Assembly (NCBI GenBank): GCA_963662795.1
Contig: OY759746.1
Coordinates: forward strand, 1,664,001 to 1,728,000
DNA length: 64,000 bases
DNA from: Spirochaetia bacterium
GTDB taxonomy: Bacteria; Spirochaetota; Spirochaetia; CADAEX01
Reading direction: 5' to 3'
The notes below the pieces were generated by a model. It was not told where the DNA came from, searched no databases, and saw only the letters and a list, made by a program, of their open reading frames with translations. How positions within the stretch are numbered: the stretch's first letter is position 1; each line of letters starts with the position of its first letter. Below are positions 9,852 through 18,082 of the stretch, piece by piece. The translations under genes were made by a program, and so were the position numbers.

Positions 9852-10682
9852 ATGAAGAGTAAAAAATATTATTTCAGATTTTCAATGGACCTGCTTCTGT
9901 TTGTGCTTTCACTATTAATACTTTTCGGGCCTATGTTAAGCCTTGCTCTCTGGTCTGTCGCAGAACAGTGGTACTGGCCCAATCTGCTTCCGCAGAAGGT
10001 GGGTTTTTCTTACTGGGCACAGGCCATGGGCTTGAAAATGAGTTATGCGATAGGAGCTGTAAGCATCGTCCCCGCATTCTTGAGAAGTATCGCAATCGCG
10101 GTTGTAACAGTTGTCATTTCAATGTCGATAGCCATCCCGGCAGGTTATGCCCTTGCCAAATTCAAGGTGCCGTTCGCAAGCCTGCTTCTGCTGCTGTTTC
10201 TGATGCCCAACGCGTTTCCGCAGCAGCCGATATTTGTAAACCTCTTAAGTATTTTTACCAAATGGGGGCTTGCCGGAACTGTTACAGGGGTAATTTTAGT
10301 CCACGTCCTTGTAGGGCTTGTGTACGGGATATGGATAACAAGTTCAACCTTCAAGGCAATACCGAACCATCTTATTGAGGCAGCCCGGAGTGTCGGGGCA
10401 GGCAGCAGAACTGCTTTTCTTAAAATTACACTGCCGCTTGCCGCGCCGGGGCTGCTTGCAAGTTCTGTATTTGTTTTTATAACATCGCTCGATGAATTTA
10501 CAGGAACGTTTTTTATCGGTCTTCCATTTGTAAATACCCTTCCGCTTACGCTTTATTCGGCAAGCGGAACAAACATGCAGTTTGCATCGGTAATAGGGGT
10601 ACTGCTCCTTATACCCAGTATTATATTTATGTCATTGGTCCAGAAGCTTCTTAAGGCAGAATATGTCGGGGGAATGGGTTAA
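9852..10682 (+). CDS. ABC transporter permease (PotC-like)
   Basis: LIEAARSVGA EAA loop, FITSLDEF, TLPL; start 9852 preferred over 9813. Confidence 0.88.
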   Translation: MKSKKYYFRFSMDLLLFVLSLLILFGPMLSLALWSVAEQWYWPNLLPQKVGFSYWAQAMGLKMSYAIGAVSIVPAFLRSIAIAVVTVVISMSIAIPAGYALAKFKVPFASLLLLLFLMPNAFPQQPIFVNLLSIFTKWGLAGTVTGVILVHVLVGLVYGIWITSSTFKAIPNHLIEAARSVGAGSRTAFLKITLPLAAPGLLASSVFVFITSLDEFTGTFFIGLPFVNTLPLTLYSASGTNMQFASVIGVLLLIPSIIFMSLVQKLLKAEYVGGMG

Positions 10683-10700
10683 TGCAATCCGGAGAAAAAA

Positions 10701-11759
10701 ATGTCTGAGCTCAGATTAAAAAATATATATAAAAGTTACGGAAAAACAGCAGTTATAAACGGCCTCAGCCTTGATGTAAAGGACGGGGAGCTTGTTACGC
10801 TTCTCGGACCGTCAGGCTGCGGCAAGACAACAACGCTTCGCTGTGTCACAGGATTTTTAAATCCGGAAAAGGGAGATATTTTTATAGGTGAAAAAAATAT
10901 CACTGAAATTCCTCCGGAGAAAAGGGGGATCGGCCTTGTTTTTCAGAATTACGCACTCTGGCCGCATATGACAATATTTGAAAACCTGGCTTTCGGTCTG
11001 CGGCTGAGAAAAATGAAGGAAGGCGTGATTCAAAAAAAAGTTATGGAAGGACTTTCGATTGTTAAGCTTGAAGCATTCGGGGACAGATATCCGAGGCAGC
11101 TTTCGGGCGGCCAGCAGCAGAGAGTTGCGCTCGCGAGGGCTATTGTGCTTGAACCTGATATTCTTCTCCTTGATGAACCTCTATCCAATCTTGATGCTCT
11201 CCTCAGGGAGCAGATGAGGTTTGAAATCGGACAGATCCATAAAAATTTCAAAATTACAACAATATATGTTACACATGATCAGACAGAGGCAATGGTTATT
11301 TCCGACAGGATAGTTATCCTTAATAAGGGAATAATAATGCAGCAGGGATCTCCGACCGAGGTATATTCAAAACCTGAAAATAAATTTGTCGCAGGGTTCA
11401 TGGGGACAACAAACTTTATTCCGGGAGAAATTTCTGAAACGAGGGGTGAACGCCTTTTAATGACAACAGGGGGAGGCAGAAAACTGCTGTGCAGCGGGCC
11501 GGAAACAGAAAAAGGGAAAAAATGTGAAGCCGCAGTAAGGCCGGAAAACATCTTTTTTTGTCCGTCAGGCGAAACCGGCGAAAATATATTTCCGGCCCTT
11601 GTTACAAGGGCATCCTATACGGGTGACATGATTGATTATGAAATAGAATTCGACGGCATCAGGCTGAGGGCAAGGGGAAGCGTAAAAGAGAGAGCTGAAG
11701 CCGGGGATAAAATCAATATTAAAATTGATCCTGATCACACTCCAGTTCTCTTTGAATAG
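10701..11759 (+). CDS. ABC transporter ATP-binding protein (PotA/MalK-like, TOBE domain)
   Basis: GPSGCGKTT, LSGGQQQRVALARA, LDEPLSNLDA, YVTHDQ. Confidence 0.93.
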   Translation: MSELRLKNIYKSYGKTAVINGLSLDVKDGELVTLLGPSGCGKTTTLRCVTGFLNPEKGDIFIGEKNITEIPPEKRGIGLVFQNYALWPHMTIFENLAFGLRLRKMKEGVIQKKVMEGLSIVKLEAFGDRYPRQLSGGQQQRVALARAIVLEPDILLLDEPLSNLDALLREQMRFEIGQIHKNFKITTIYVTHDQTEAMVISDRIVILNKGIIMQQGSPTEVYSKPENKFVAGFMGTTNFIPGEISETRGERLLMTTGGGRKLLCSGPETEKGKKCEAAVRPENIFFCPSGETGENIFPALVTRASYTGDMIDYEIEFDGIRLRARGSVKERAEAGDKINIKIDPDHTPVLFE

Positions 11760-11764
11760 TTCAT

Positions 11765-12415
11765 ATGTACAGCAACAGCACAACACTCAATTCTCTTGAT
11801 GACATAATAAAAATTTCATATTCCGGGGAGATTGAGAAAATATCCCCGGAAATAGCGCAGCTTTCGGACATCCGGGAAAATGACGGGTTTCACGACAATG
11901 ATCCGGTGCTTGATCATGTTAAGCGTGTTGTGGAAAATATTATTCTGCTTCTGGAAAACAGTCAGCATAAAGGTGATTATTTTAACTCATTTATCGGAAG
12001 CTGCAGAAGAAGGGATCTTCTGGTTGTTTCTGCTGTTTTTCATGATATAGCCAAGGTAAAAGTATTCAGGGAAGATGACGGTATAACATCATGTCCAGGA
12101 CACGAGAGTGCGGGTGTTGAAATGATAAGGGAGTTCTTTGCGGACAGGCTTCCAGGGGACGCGGAACTTGATTATATCCTTCGTGTTGTTGAGGCCCACG
12201 GGATCCCTCATGTTTATCTTAAGCCGGATAACGTAAATATCGACAGGGATTTTGATATGCTTGCAGCAAGGTATTCCGGTATTTACCCCGATCTTCTTCT
12301 TTTTCTGAAAGCTGATGTTGCCGGTTCCCAGCTTGAAGCAAAAAACAGGAAGCTGTTTGATTTTATAAACAATTATCTTGACAAGAGAATTGAATCTTTT
12401 TTCAGCCTGAAATGA
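11765..12415 (+). CDS. HD-domain phosphohydrolase
   Basis: H..HD..H..H..D metal ligands (LDHV, FHDIAK, GHE, AH, AD); last gene of ABC operon 1. Confidence 0.8.
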   Translation: MYSNSTTLNSLDDIIKISYSGEIEKISPEIAQLSDIRENDGFHDNDPVLDHVKRVVENIILLLENSQHKGDYFNSFIGSCRRRDLLVVSAVFHDIAKVKVFREDDGITSCPGHESAGVEMIREFFADRLPGDAELDYILRVVEAHGIPHVYLKPDNVNIDRDFDMLAARYSGIYPDLLLFLKADVAGSQLEAKNRKLFDFINNYLDKRIESFFSLK

Positions 12416-13118
12416 TTTCGAGCAGTTTTTTTACATTTCTTGTAGTTACTGAATAAACACCTGATTTAGCATAAGCCTTCATAAGGCCGATGTCATCAAT
12501 CGTCCAGAGGGAAACCGGTACATATCTTTTCCGGAGTATATCAACAATCTCTGCGTCACAGAAATCAAATCCCATATTAAGGCAGATGCCTCCGGACCTC
12601 CTGTATATATCTGTCAGATAATCTATATAGGATTTTTTATCAGATTTATAAAGCGCAATAACATTTTCAGGGATAAATTCCTCTGAAATGTTAACCATGA
12701 AGCCGGCGTCGGGGTAAAGGGTTTTAAGGGATGCCGCCTGCTGAGCTGTATATCCTGAAAATACGCACCTTCGCTCTGAACCTGTTTTTGCTAATATTCC
12801 CATCACTTCAGCGATACAGCTGAAATCCTTGATGTCCAGGTTTAACTGGATATTCTTCCCGGCTGTTTTTCCAAGTGCATCAGACAGTGAAACAATTCCC
12901 TTTAAATCAGCATAGCCGGTTTCTGCTATTGATTTTACTCCGGTAAAGTATGATGTCTTGTAATAGTTATCGTGGGACAATACCGGAATCCGGTCCTTTG
13001 TAATCCTCACATCAATTTCCGCGGCATCAGCCCCGCAGTCAATTGCGGCAAGAATAAATTCAAGTGAATTAGGTTTTGTATTTTCACATCCTGAGTGTGC
13101 AGTTACAAGCGGTCTCAT
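12402..13118 (-). CDS. Glycerophosphodiester phosphodiesterase (GDPD) family protein
   Basis: TAHSG..PNSL, AEIDVR, LSHD, NLDIK, WTIDD motifs; 3' end overlaps HD gene by 14 bp. Confidence 0.85.
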   Translation of the reverse strand: MRPLVTAHSGCENTKPNSLEFILAAIDCGADAAEIDVRITKDRIPVLSHDNYYKTSYFTGVKSIAETGYADLKGIVSLSDALGKTAGKNIQLNLDIKDFSCIAEVMGILAKTGSERRCVFSGYTAQQAASLKTLYPDAGFMVNISEEFIPENVIALYKSDKKSYIDYLTDIYRRSGGICLNMGFDFCDAEIVDILRKRYVPVSLWTIDDIGLMKAYAKSGVYSVTTRNVKKLLEIISG

Positions 13119-13120
13119 TT

Positions 13121-13990
13121 TTATTTCATTCTTGCAAGGACATCTTCGATAGTCCCTGTAAATCTTCCGGGTTTCTCCATTTTTATGCTTGTAAGGGCTG
13201 CAGCATATCTAACCGCTTCTTCCGGGCCATGGGTAAGGTGTCTCGCAAGATATGACGCAAAACATGTGTCGCCCCGTCCTGTTCTTCCTGAAAGATTTTC
13301 AGGATTAAAGGGAGCCCTGTGGATTTTGCCTTCTGCAAGGACAAGTACTTCTGTGTTATGTGTTACCATTACCTCTTTTGCCCCGAGTTCTGCAAGTATC
13401 CTTGCGGCTTTTTCCCTGTCATCAGTGTCGGTCAGAATCTCGGCTTCAGCCGCGTCTGTTTTGAGAAATGTTATCATTGGAAGATATGTCTTTTTATTAT
13501 CCCAGTCGCGGAAAAGCAGTTTCCCGCCGTCGCTGCATCTTAATAGTCCCTGCGCGTCAATCGCAACAGCCGCTTTTTTTGAAAGGGGGGTAATAAGTGT
13601 TTCCGGCAGCTCATCCCTGAACAGCCCGGCAAGGTGGAATATTTTTGTTTCTTCATCTGGTATGTCTTTTTCTGTAAACGGCTGGGCACTTGAGAGCAGG
13701 GTAACTTTTCTTTTTTCCCTGTCTGCGGAGAGGTAAACATTTTCAATTGATGTTGATAAAGGGGACTCAATTATTTTAAGATCAATATTCTTCCCCCTGA
13801 TATATTCAATATCTTTCCAGTCTTCTCTGGCTGCCTTTGTTACAACCAGGACTTCTGCTCCTGTCTGCGATGCTGATGCTGAAGAATATACCACAGGACC
13901 AGCCGTAAACCTCTGTTCCTCGTTTATATCGGGGTAAATCATTATATCTTTTGAAACATGACCCATCATGATAATGTCATACTTTTTCAT
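13121..13990 (-). CDS. PfkB/ribokinase-family kinase, probable pyrophosphate-dependent myo-inositol kinase (TM0415/IolK-like)
   Basis: GHVSKD, SIEN, DAQG, LKTD, GRTGRGDT, TSIKM motifs recalled from Thermotoga TM0415. Confidence 0.75.
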   Translation of the reverse strand: MKKYDIIMMGHVSKDIMIYPDINEEQRFTAGPVVYSSASASQTGAEVLVVTKAAREDWKDIEYIRGKNIDLKIIESPLSTSIENVYLSADREKRKVTLLSSAQPFTEKDIPDEETKIFHLAGLFRDELPETLITPLSKKAAVAIDAQGLLRCSDGGKLLFRDWDNKKTYLPMITFLKTDAAEAEILTDTDDREKAARILAELGAKEVMVTHNTEVLVLAEGKIHRAPFNPENLSGRTGRGDTCFASYLARHLTHGPEEAVRYAAALTSIKMEKPGRFTGTIEDVLARMK

Positions 13991-14078
13991 AAATGCCTCT
14001 TTTATTTGTTTACTGTTTTCAATGATACATGCAAATATTATTATAGTAAATATTCAATGATTTAAAATGTTAAAATAA

Positions 14079-14092
14079 TGTAACCGCGTACA
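14079..14092. promoter_or_regulatory. LacI-type operator candidate upstream of kinase-GDPD operon
   Basis: TGTAACCGCGTACA, pseudo-palindrome with central CG, similar to the 7774 site. Confidence 0.45.
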
Positions 14093-14163
14093 TGAGCTGC
14101 AGTTTTAAATTTATACAAAATCCAATATACCTGATTTCATAAATTTTCAGTATTCGATTATTA

Positions 14164-14192
14164 TGAAACTTATTTGTCTTTTTTGCATATAT
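14164..14192 (+). promoter_or_regulatory. ECF-sigma-type promoter P1 (autoregulatory candidate)
   Basis: TGAAACTT-N13-G-N2-TATAT, same spacing as P2 at 14853; TGAAAC-N16-CATA vs SigW-type TGAAAC-N16-CGTA. Confidence 0.6.
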
Positions 14193-14264
14193 TCTGATGT
14201 AGAATGGTAAAAGAAAGGATATGTATGAATAAAATTTTTGATCATCAATTATAAAATATATTTT

Positions 14265-14855
14265 ATGGATACAAGTACCCGAATGAATGATGACGAACAG
14301 GATGTTAAAAGTATTCAGGCAGTACTCAATGGAGAGAGGAATGCATTTGCATCAATAGTATCCCGCTATACTCAGGTATTATTTTCCCTGAGTTATCATA
14401 TGACTGGCAACAGAGAAGAAGCCGAGGAAGCTGTTCAGGAAATATTTATTCTTATTTTTAGAAAACTGCATAAATATAATCAGGGAAAACGGTTTTATAC
14501 CTGGATGTTTACGGTTGCTGTAAACTATCTTAAAACACTTGTCAGAAAAAGAAATAGATTCCCGCAGCATCCGGATCAGCGCTTTGATGATTCTTTTCAA
14601 TACGAATTGAATACCCTGCCGGAAAGCACTCCTGAAAATGATTTAATCCGCAGAGAATCCGGAAAAGTTCTCCAGTCCGCCCTTAACCGCCTGCCGCTGA
14701 AGTACAGGGCTGTTTTCATACTCCGGGAAGTCGAGGGAATATCAATAAAAGAGACAGCCTTAATTCTGAGAATCCCTGAAAATACGGTTAAGACATTCAG
14801 CAGACGCGGTAAAGAGGAATTAAAAAAAATCATTGTTTCAATGAACTGGAATTGA
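14265..14855 (+). CDS. ECF (group 4) RNA polymerase sigma factor
   Basis: Region 2 EAEEAVQEIFI...FYTWMFTVAVN; region 4 LPLKYRAVFILREVEGISIKETALILRIPENTVKT; start uncertain (14238/14265/14283). Confidence 0.93.
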   Translation: MDTSTRMNDDEQDVKSIQAVLNGERNAFASIVSRYTQVLFSLSYHMTGNREEAEEAVQEIFILIFRKLHKYNQGKRFYTWMFTVAVNYLKTLVRKRNRFPQHPDQRFDDSFQYELNTLPESTPENDLIRRESGKVLQSALNRLPLKYRAVFILREVEGISIKETALILRIPENTVKTFSRRGKEELKKIIVSMNWN

Positions 14856-14881
14856 AACTTTATCATTTAAAGCGAGTATAT
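14853..14881 (+). promoter_or_regulatory. ECF-sigma-type promoter P2 overlapping the sigma stop codon
   Basis: TGAAACTT-N13-G-N2-TATAT; the TGA of the -35 is the sigma stop codon. Confidence 0.6.
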
Positions 14882-14898
14882 ATATTTAAGGGGTTAAA

Positions 14899-15483
14899 AT
14901 GGAATGTGATAAGGTCAGAAAGATTATTTATGAATATCATAATCTGAAACCGGCATTTCCTGAGATATACAGGGAGCATCTTGATAATTGCATTTCATGC
15001 AGAACTTTTAAAAAAGCATTGGACATGGTTGAAGGCGGCGGCGAATTTAATTTACCGGTCACTGAAGGTCTTGAGGAGAAATGTTTGCGGGGTGTTGATT
15101 CTATCCGCGCAAATTCCCGGGGATTCTTTATAAACCGGACACTTCTGGCCGCGGCAGCTGTTCTTCTTGTGGTTTTAACAGTTTCGATCACGCTGCTGGC
15201 TGTTGGAAATACTGAAAAGTCTGTTGTCGTTTATCTGCAGTTTTATGCCCCTGATGCCGGTGAGGTCGCAGTTGTCGGCGACTGGAACGACTGGGACCCC
15301 GCCTCGGATGTACTTCAGGACAGGGACGGGGACGGAAGATGGGATATCCGAATCAAAGTACAACCCGGAAGGGAATACAGATATCAGTTCCTGATTGACG
15401 GTGAGCAGTGGGTCCCAGACCCGAATGCTCCGATCAGTTTAAATGACGGATTCGGGGGAGAAAACTCAATCCTGAATATTTAG
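14899..15483 (+). CDS. Zinc-binding anti-sigma factor with one TM helix and C-terminal CBM48/AMPK-beta glycogen-binding domain
   Basis: C3 and H27xxxC31xxC34 ZAS motif; hydrophobic aa ~82-103; VAVVGDWNDW...GRW...YRYQFLIDGEQWVPDP...DGFGGENS. Confidence 0.85.
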   Translation: MECDKVRKIIYEYHNLKPAFPEIYREHLDNCISCRTFKKALDMVEGGGEFNLPVTEGLEEKCLRGVDSIRANSRGFFINRTLLAAAAVLLVVLTVSITLLAVGNTEKSVVVYLQFYAPDAGEVAVVGDWNDWDPASDVLQDRDGDGRWDIRIKVQPGREYRYQFLIDGEQWVPDPNAPISLNDGFGGENSILNI

Positions 15484-15513
15484 ATAAATATTATTTTTTA
15501 CAGGAGACAGAAT

Positions 15514-16077
15514 ATGAAAATTAAAAATGCTTTGCTGATTCTGACAGTTCTGCTTTTGCTTGCAGGAAAAATCCCGGCACAGGAAAATGAATTTCCTGAA
15601 AAACTGCAGCTTGAACTTCAGCAGAGAAACTGGAACAGGGAAGAGGTCCGTAATATGATTCAAATATGCCGGACGCTTGATTGGGAAGGGACAAATCCCG
15701 TTCATGCCGAGATATCAGCGCTGGCTTTACAGATGGGATTGGAAAAGAATGAGAATTTAAGTTTAAATGAACAGGCTCAGCTTGCTCTCCATGTCGCACT
15801 CCAGTCAAGAGAAATGGAAAGGGCAGGCCTTTCAGACCGGGAGATCGCAGGTGTTGTAATGCGCAGCACAAGAGAGATGTACCAGGAAATTAACCGCAAC
15901 AGGCATATGTATAATCCGGAAAATATCGGTGAGAATATTGACCAGTGTGTCAAGGCGGCAATACAAAATCAGCTGCGTATATCCAATAGCAACATTGTTC
16001 AGAAGAGGAACGGCAACAGTTCGGATACTTCCGCGTCACTGAACAGCGGAAGCGGAATGAAAAGGAAAAAGCCGTAA
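15514..16077 (+). CDS. Hypothetical secreted, predicted helical protein
   Basis: AGGAG RBS; signal peptide MKIKNALLILTVLLLLAGKIPA; Q/E/N-rich helical body; low-complexity basic tail. Confidence 0.7.
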   Translation: MKIKNALLILTVLLLLAGKIPAQENEFPEKLQLELQQRNWNREEVRNMIQICRTLDWEGTNPVHAEISALALQMGLEKNENLSLNEQAQLALHVALQSREMERAGLSDREIAGVVMRSTREMYQEINRNRHMYNPENIGENIDQCVKAAIQNQLRISNSNIVQKRNGNSSDTSASLNSGSGMKRKKP

Positions 16078-16089
16078 TAAGATAAAATT

Positions 16090-16830
16090 ATGTCAGGAAC
16101 CCTGAAGCATGAAGAGGAACATGAAGTGGCCGGCGGTTTTATAAAAATGCCGGCCATGATTTGTTTCTTATTATTAATTGTGTATTACTCTCCGCAGGCA
16201 GCATGGACTCAGGAGCCGGAAAACAATGTTCTTAATACAGTTGTTGCAATGATGGAAAAATCAGGTTACAGCAGGAGTCTTATGGAGATTATATTGATAC
16301 CCTGCAGAGAAGCTGTTGATAATGGTATCCCGCTGGATTTTATTGAACCGCGTATCCAGGAAGGACTTGTGAAAGATATTTCAGCTCAGGGAATTGCAAA
16401 GGTGGTTCATAATGAAATTTTTCTTTATAGCCAATCCCGGACAGTAATTCAGAATATACAGGGAGCTGAAATATTTATTGAAAGGCATAATCTCTGGAGC
16501 AGAACAGCCAATCTTCTGTCTTCCGGTGTTTCAGTATCTGATATTGAAAAGCTGATTAAAATGACTCTCTCCGTGCCGGAGAATTATAATCAGTCAACCA
16601 GTCTGTACATCAGCCTTACAAAGTGGGGGCTGACAGAAACCCAATCGCTTCAAATTGTAGAGTCTGTTATTGGTTCTTCAATTTCTTCCGCCGAATATAG
16701 TGATTTAACTTCTTTATTTACTAAAGGACGGAGCAGTAATATACCCCCTGAGAAACTCATCAGCAGGATAGTAGATGAGCTTCCTAATGTGAGAACGCTG
16801 AGGCAGCTTGAAAAACGTGTATTACGATAA
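16090..16830 (+). CDS. Hypothetical exported helical-repeat protein
   Basis: Hydrophobic N-terminal segment ending QAAWT; recurring G-(hydrophobic)-S/P helical-hairpin units; start uncertain. Confidence 0.7.
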   Translation: MSGTLKHEEEHEVAGGFIKMPAMICFLLLIVYYSPQAAWTQEPENNVLNTVVAMMEKSGYSRSLMEIILIPCREAVDNGIPLDFIEPRIQEGLVKDISAQGIAKVVHNEIFLYSQSRTVIQNIQGAEIFIERHNLWSRTANLLSSGVSVSDIEKLIKMTLSVPENYNQSTSLYISLTKWGLTETQSLQIVESVIGSSISSAEYSDLTSLFTKGRSSNIPPEKLISRIVDELPNVRTLRQLEKRVLR

Positions 16831-16841
16831 AGGATGTTGTA

Positions 16842-17903
16842 ATGTGCAATAAAATAGTTCTTTTTTTTATCCCTCTCATTCTGACTGTAATGAAAGCAGA
16901 AGCTTATGAACCGTCATATTCTTTTGGAACTTACGGTCAAATAGAGAAATATTCAGATACCGGCGGGGCAGATTATCCGGCGGGAATATCAGCCGATGCA
17001 TTCCAGCGTAATACTCTTCCGTCCGGATATTACTCATGGTACGCCGCGGCACTTTTTGAGTATTATCTGAATGATACTGATAAATACGAAGACAGGGAAA
17101 ATCTTGCAGCCGACCTTCATCTGGAAGGTGATTTATTTGCATATGAAGCAGGTTCTTCTTTAAGTTTTTCATTTAACAGTATTGATTATTCAACATATAT
17201 TCAGCCGGACTGGAGCGCCTCAATCCTTATGAATCCTTATGATTCCCCTTATTCAGCACGTCTGAACTACATCGGTTCCTGGATATATCAGGAGAGTTAT
17301 TTCGAAGACAGAATTATTAACAGGCTGCTGCTCTCGGGTGCATATGATCCGTCACTTGGATTTGGTGTGGAAATTTCCATCGAAGCTGCATTGGAGGATT
17401 ATTCCGAGTATTTTGTACTGGATAATAAAGGCGAAGATACTTCAGAAGAACGCAGGGATTACCTTTTATCAGCAGGTTTGTCCTTTGAGGGTTTGGCCGG
17501 ATATTTTGTCAACTGGAAGTTGTCGTCCAGAATGAAATTCCAGGACTCAAATGCAAACCGATGGCTTGAAACAAATGAACTGGAGAAAGACAGTGAAGAT
17601 TTAAAAAGTTTATTGCTGCAATCTGAAATAAACTGGTCTCCATTTATATCTTTTAAATTCGGGGCAGAATACTTTCTGGAGTATGTAATATATACATACA
17701 GAAAGGCTATTGACGGCAGCGGATTTATTACAGATGATAACCTTGTTGTCGTATACACAGGGGGATCCCTTGATCTTGGATGGACATTTAACAGTTCACT
17801 CTTTTACAATACATCATTTTTGCTGAACAGGGCATATTCATCAGATCCTGAATTTGATGAATGGAACTTCAGCATTAAAGGATGGCTCCAGTATTCATTC
17901 TAA
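16842..17903 (+). CDS. Putative outer-membrane beta-barrel protein
   Basis: Signal peptide ending AEA; Y/F/W/S/D-rich alternating strands; C-terminal beta-signal-like GWLQYSF with terminal Phe. Confidence 0.7.
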   Translation: MCNKIVLFFIPLILTVMKAEAYEPSYSFGTYGQIEKYSDTGGADYPAGISADAFQRNTLPSGYYSWYAAALFEYYLNDTDKYEDRENLAADLHLEGDLFAYEAGSSLSFSFNSIDYSTYIQPDWSASILMNPYDSPYSARLNYIGSWIYQESYFEDRIINRLLLSGAYDPSLGFGVEISIEAALEDYSEYFVLDNKGEDTSEERRDYLLSAGLSFEGLAGYFVNWKLSSRMKFQDSNANRWLETNELEKDSEDLKSLLLQSEINWSPFISFKFGAEYFLEYVIYTYRKAIDGSGFITDDNLVVVYTGGSLDLGWTFNSSLFYNTSFLLNRAYSSDPEFDEWNFSIKGWLQYSF

Positions 17904-18082
17904 CAGTTTGCACTGAATTTTGCTGCTCCGGGTTGTTATAAAGACAGAGGAAGACCGGGTTAAACAAATATCGCAGCGATTGTAAAAAAAGCGAAAATTA
18001 TTCCAGGCTGCCTCTATCCTGCCTGAGAACATCAAGGGCGTAAGTACTGTCCCCCCTTATCTCTTTTGCTGTCTGTTTCATC

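Noticed and set aside
7818-11759. Spermidine/putrescine (potABCD) assignment
   Set aside because: Only fold-level resemblance; LacI control and neighbouring phosphoesterases and kinase point to a carbohydrate phosphoester
11765-12415. HD protein as Cas3-like or anti-phage nuclease
   Set aside because: No cas genes, CRISPR array or defence partners; sits at the end of a metabolic ABC operon
13095-13736. 213-aa plus-strand ORF and many similar 60-200 aa ORFs in the track
   Set aside because: Antisense or off-frame shadows of well-supported genes; no RBS or recognisable motifs
13991-18082. ECF module as a mobile element
   Set aside because: No integrase, transposase, tRNA or terminal repeats seen; insertion suggested only by context
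17904-18082. Intergenic gap as sRNA or repeat element
   Set aside because: No convincing stem-loop, promoter or repeat found by eye
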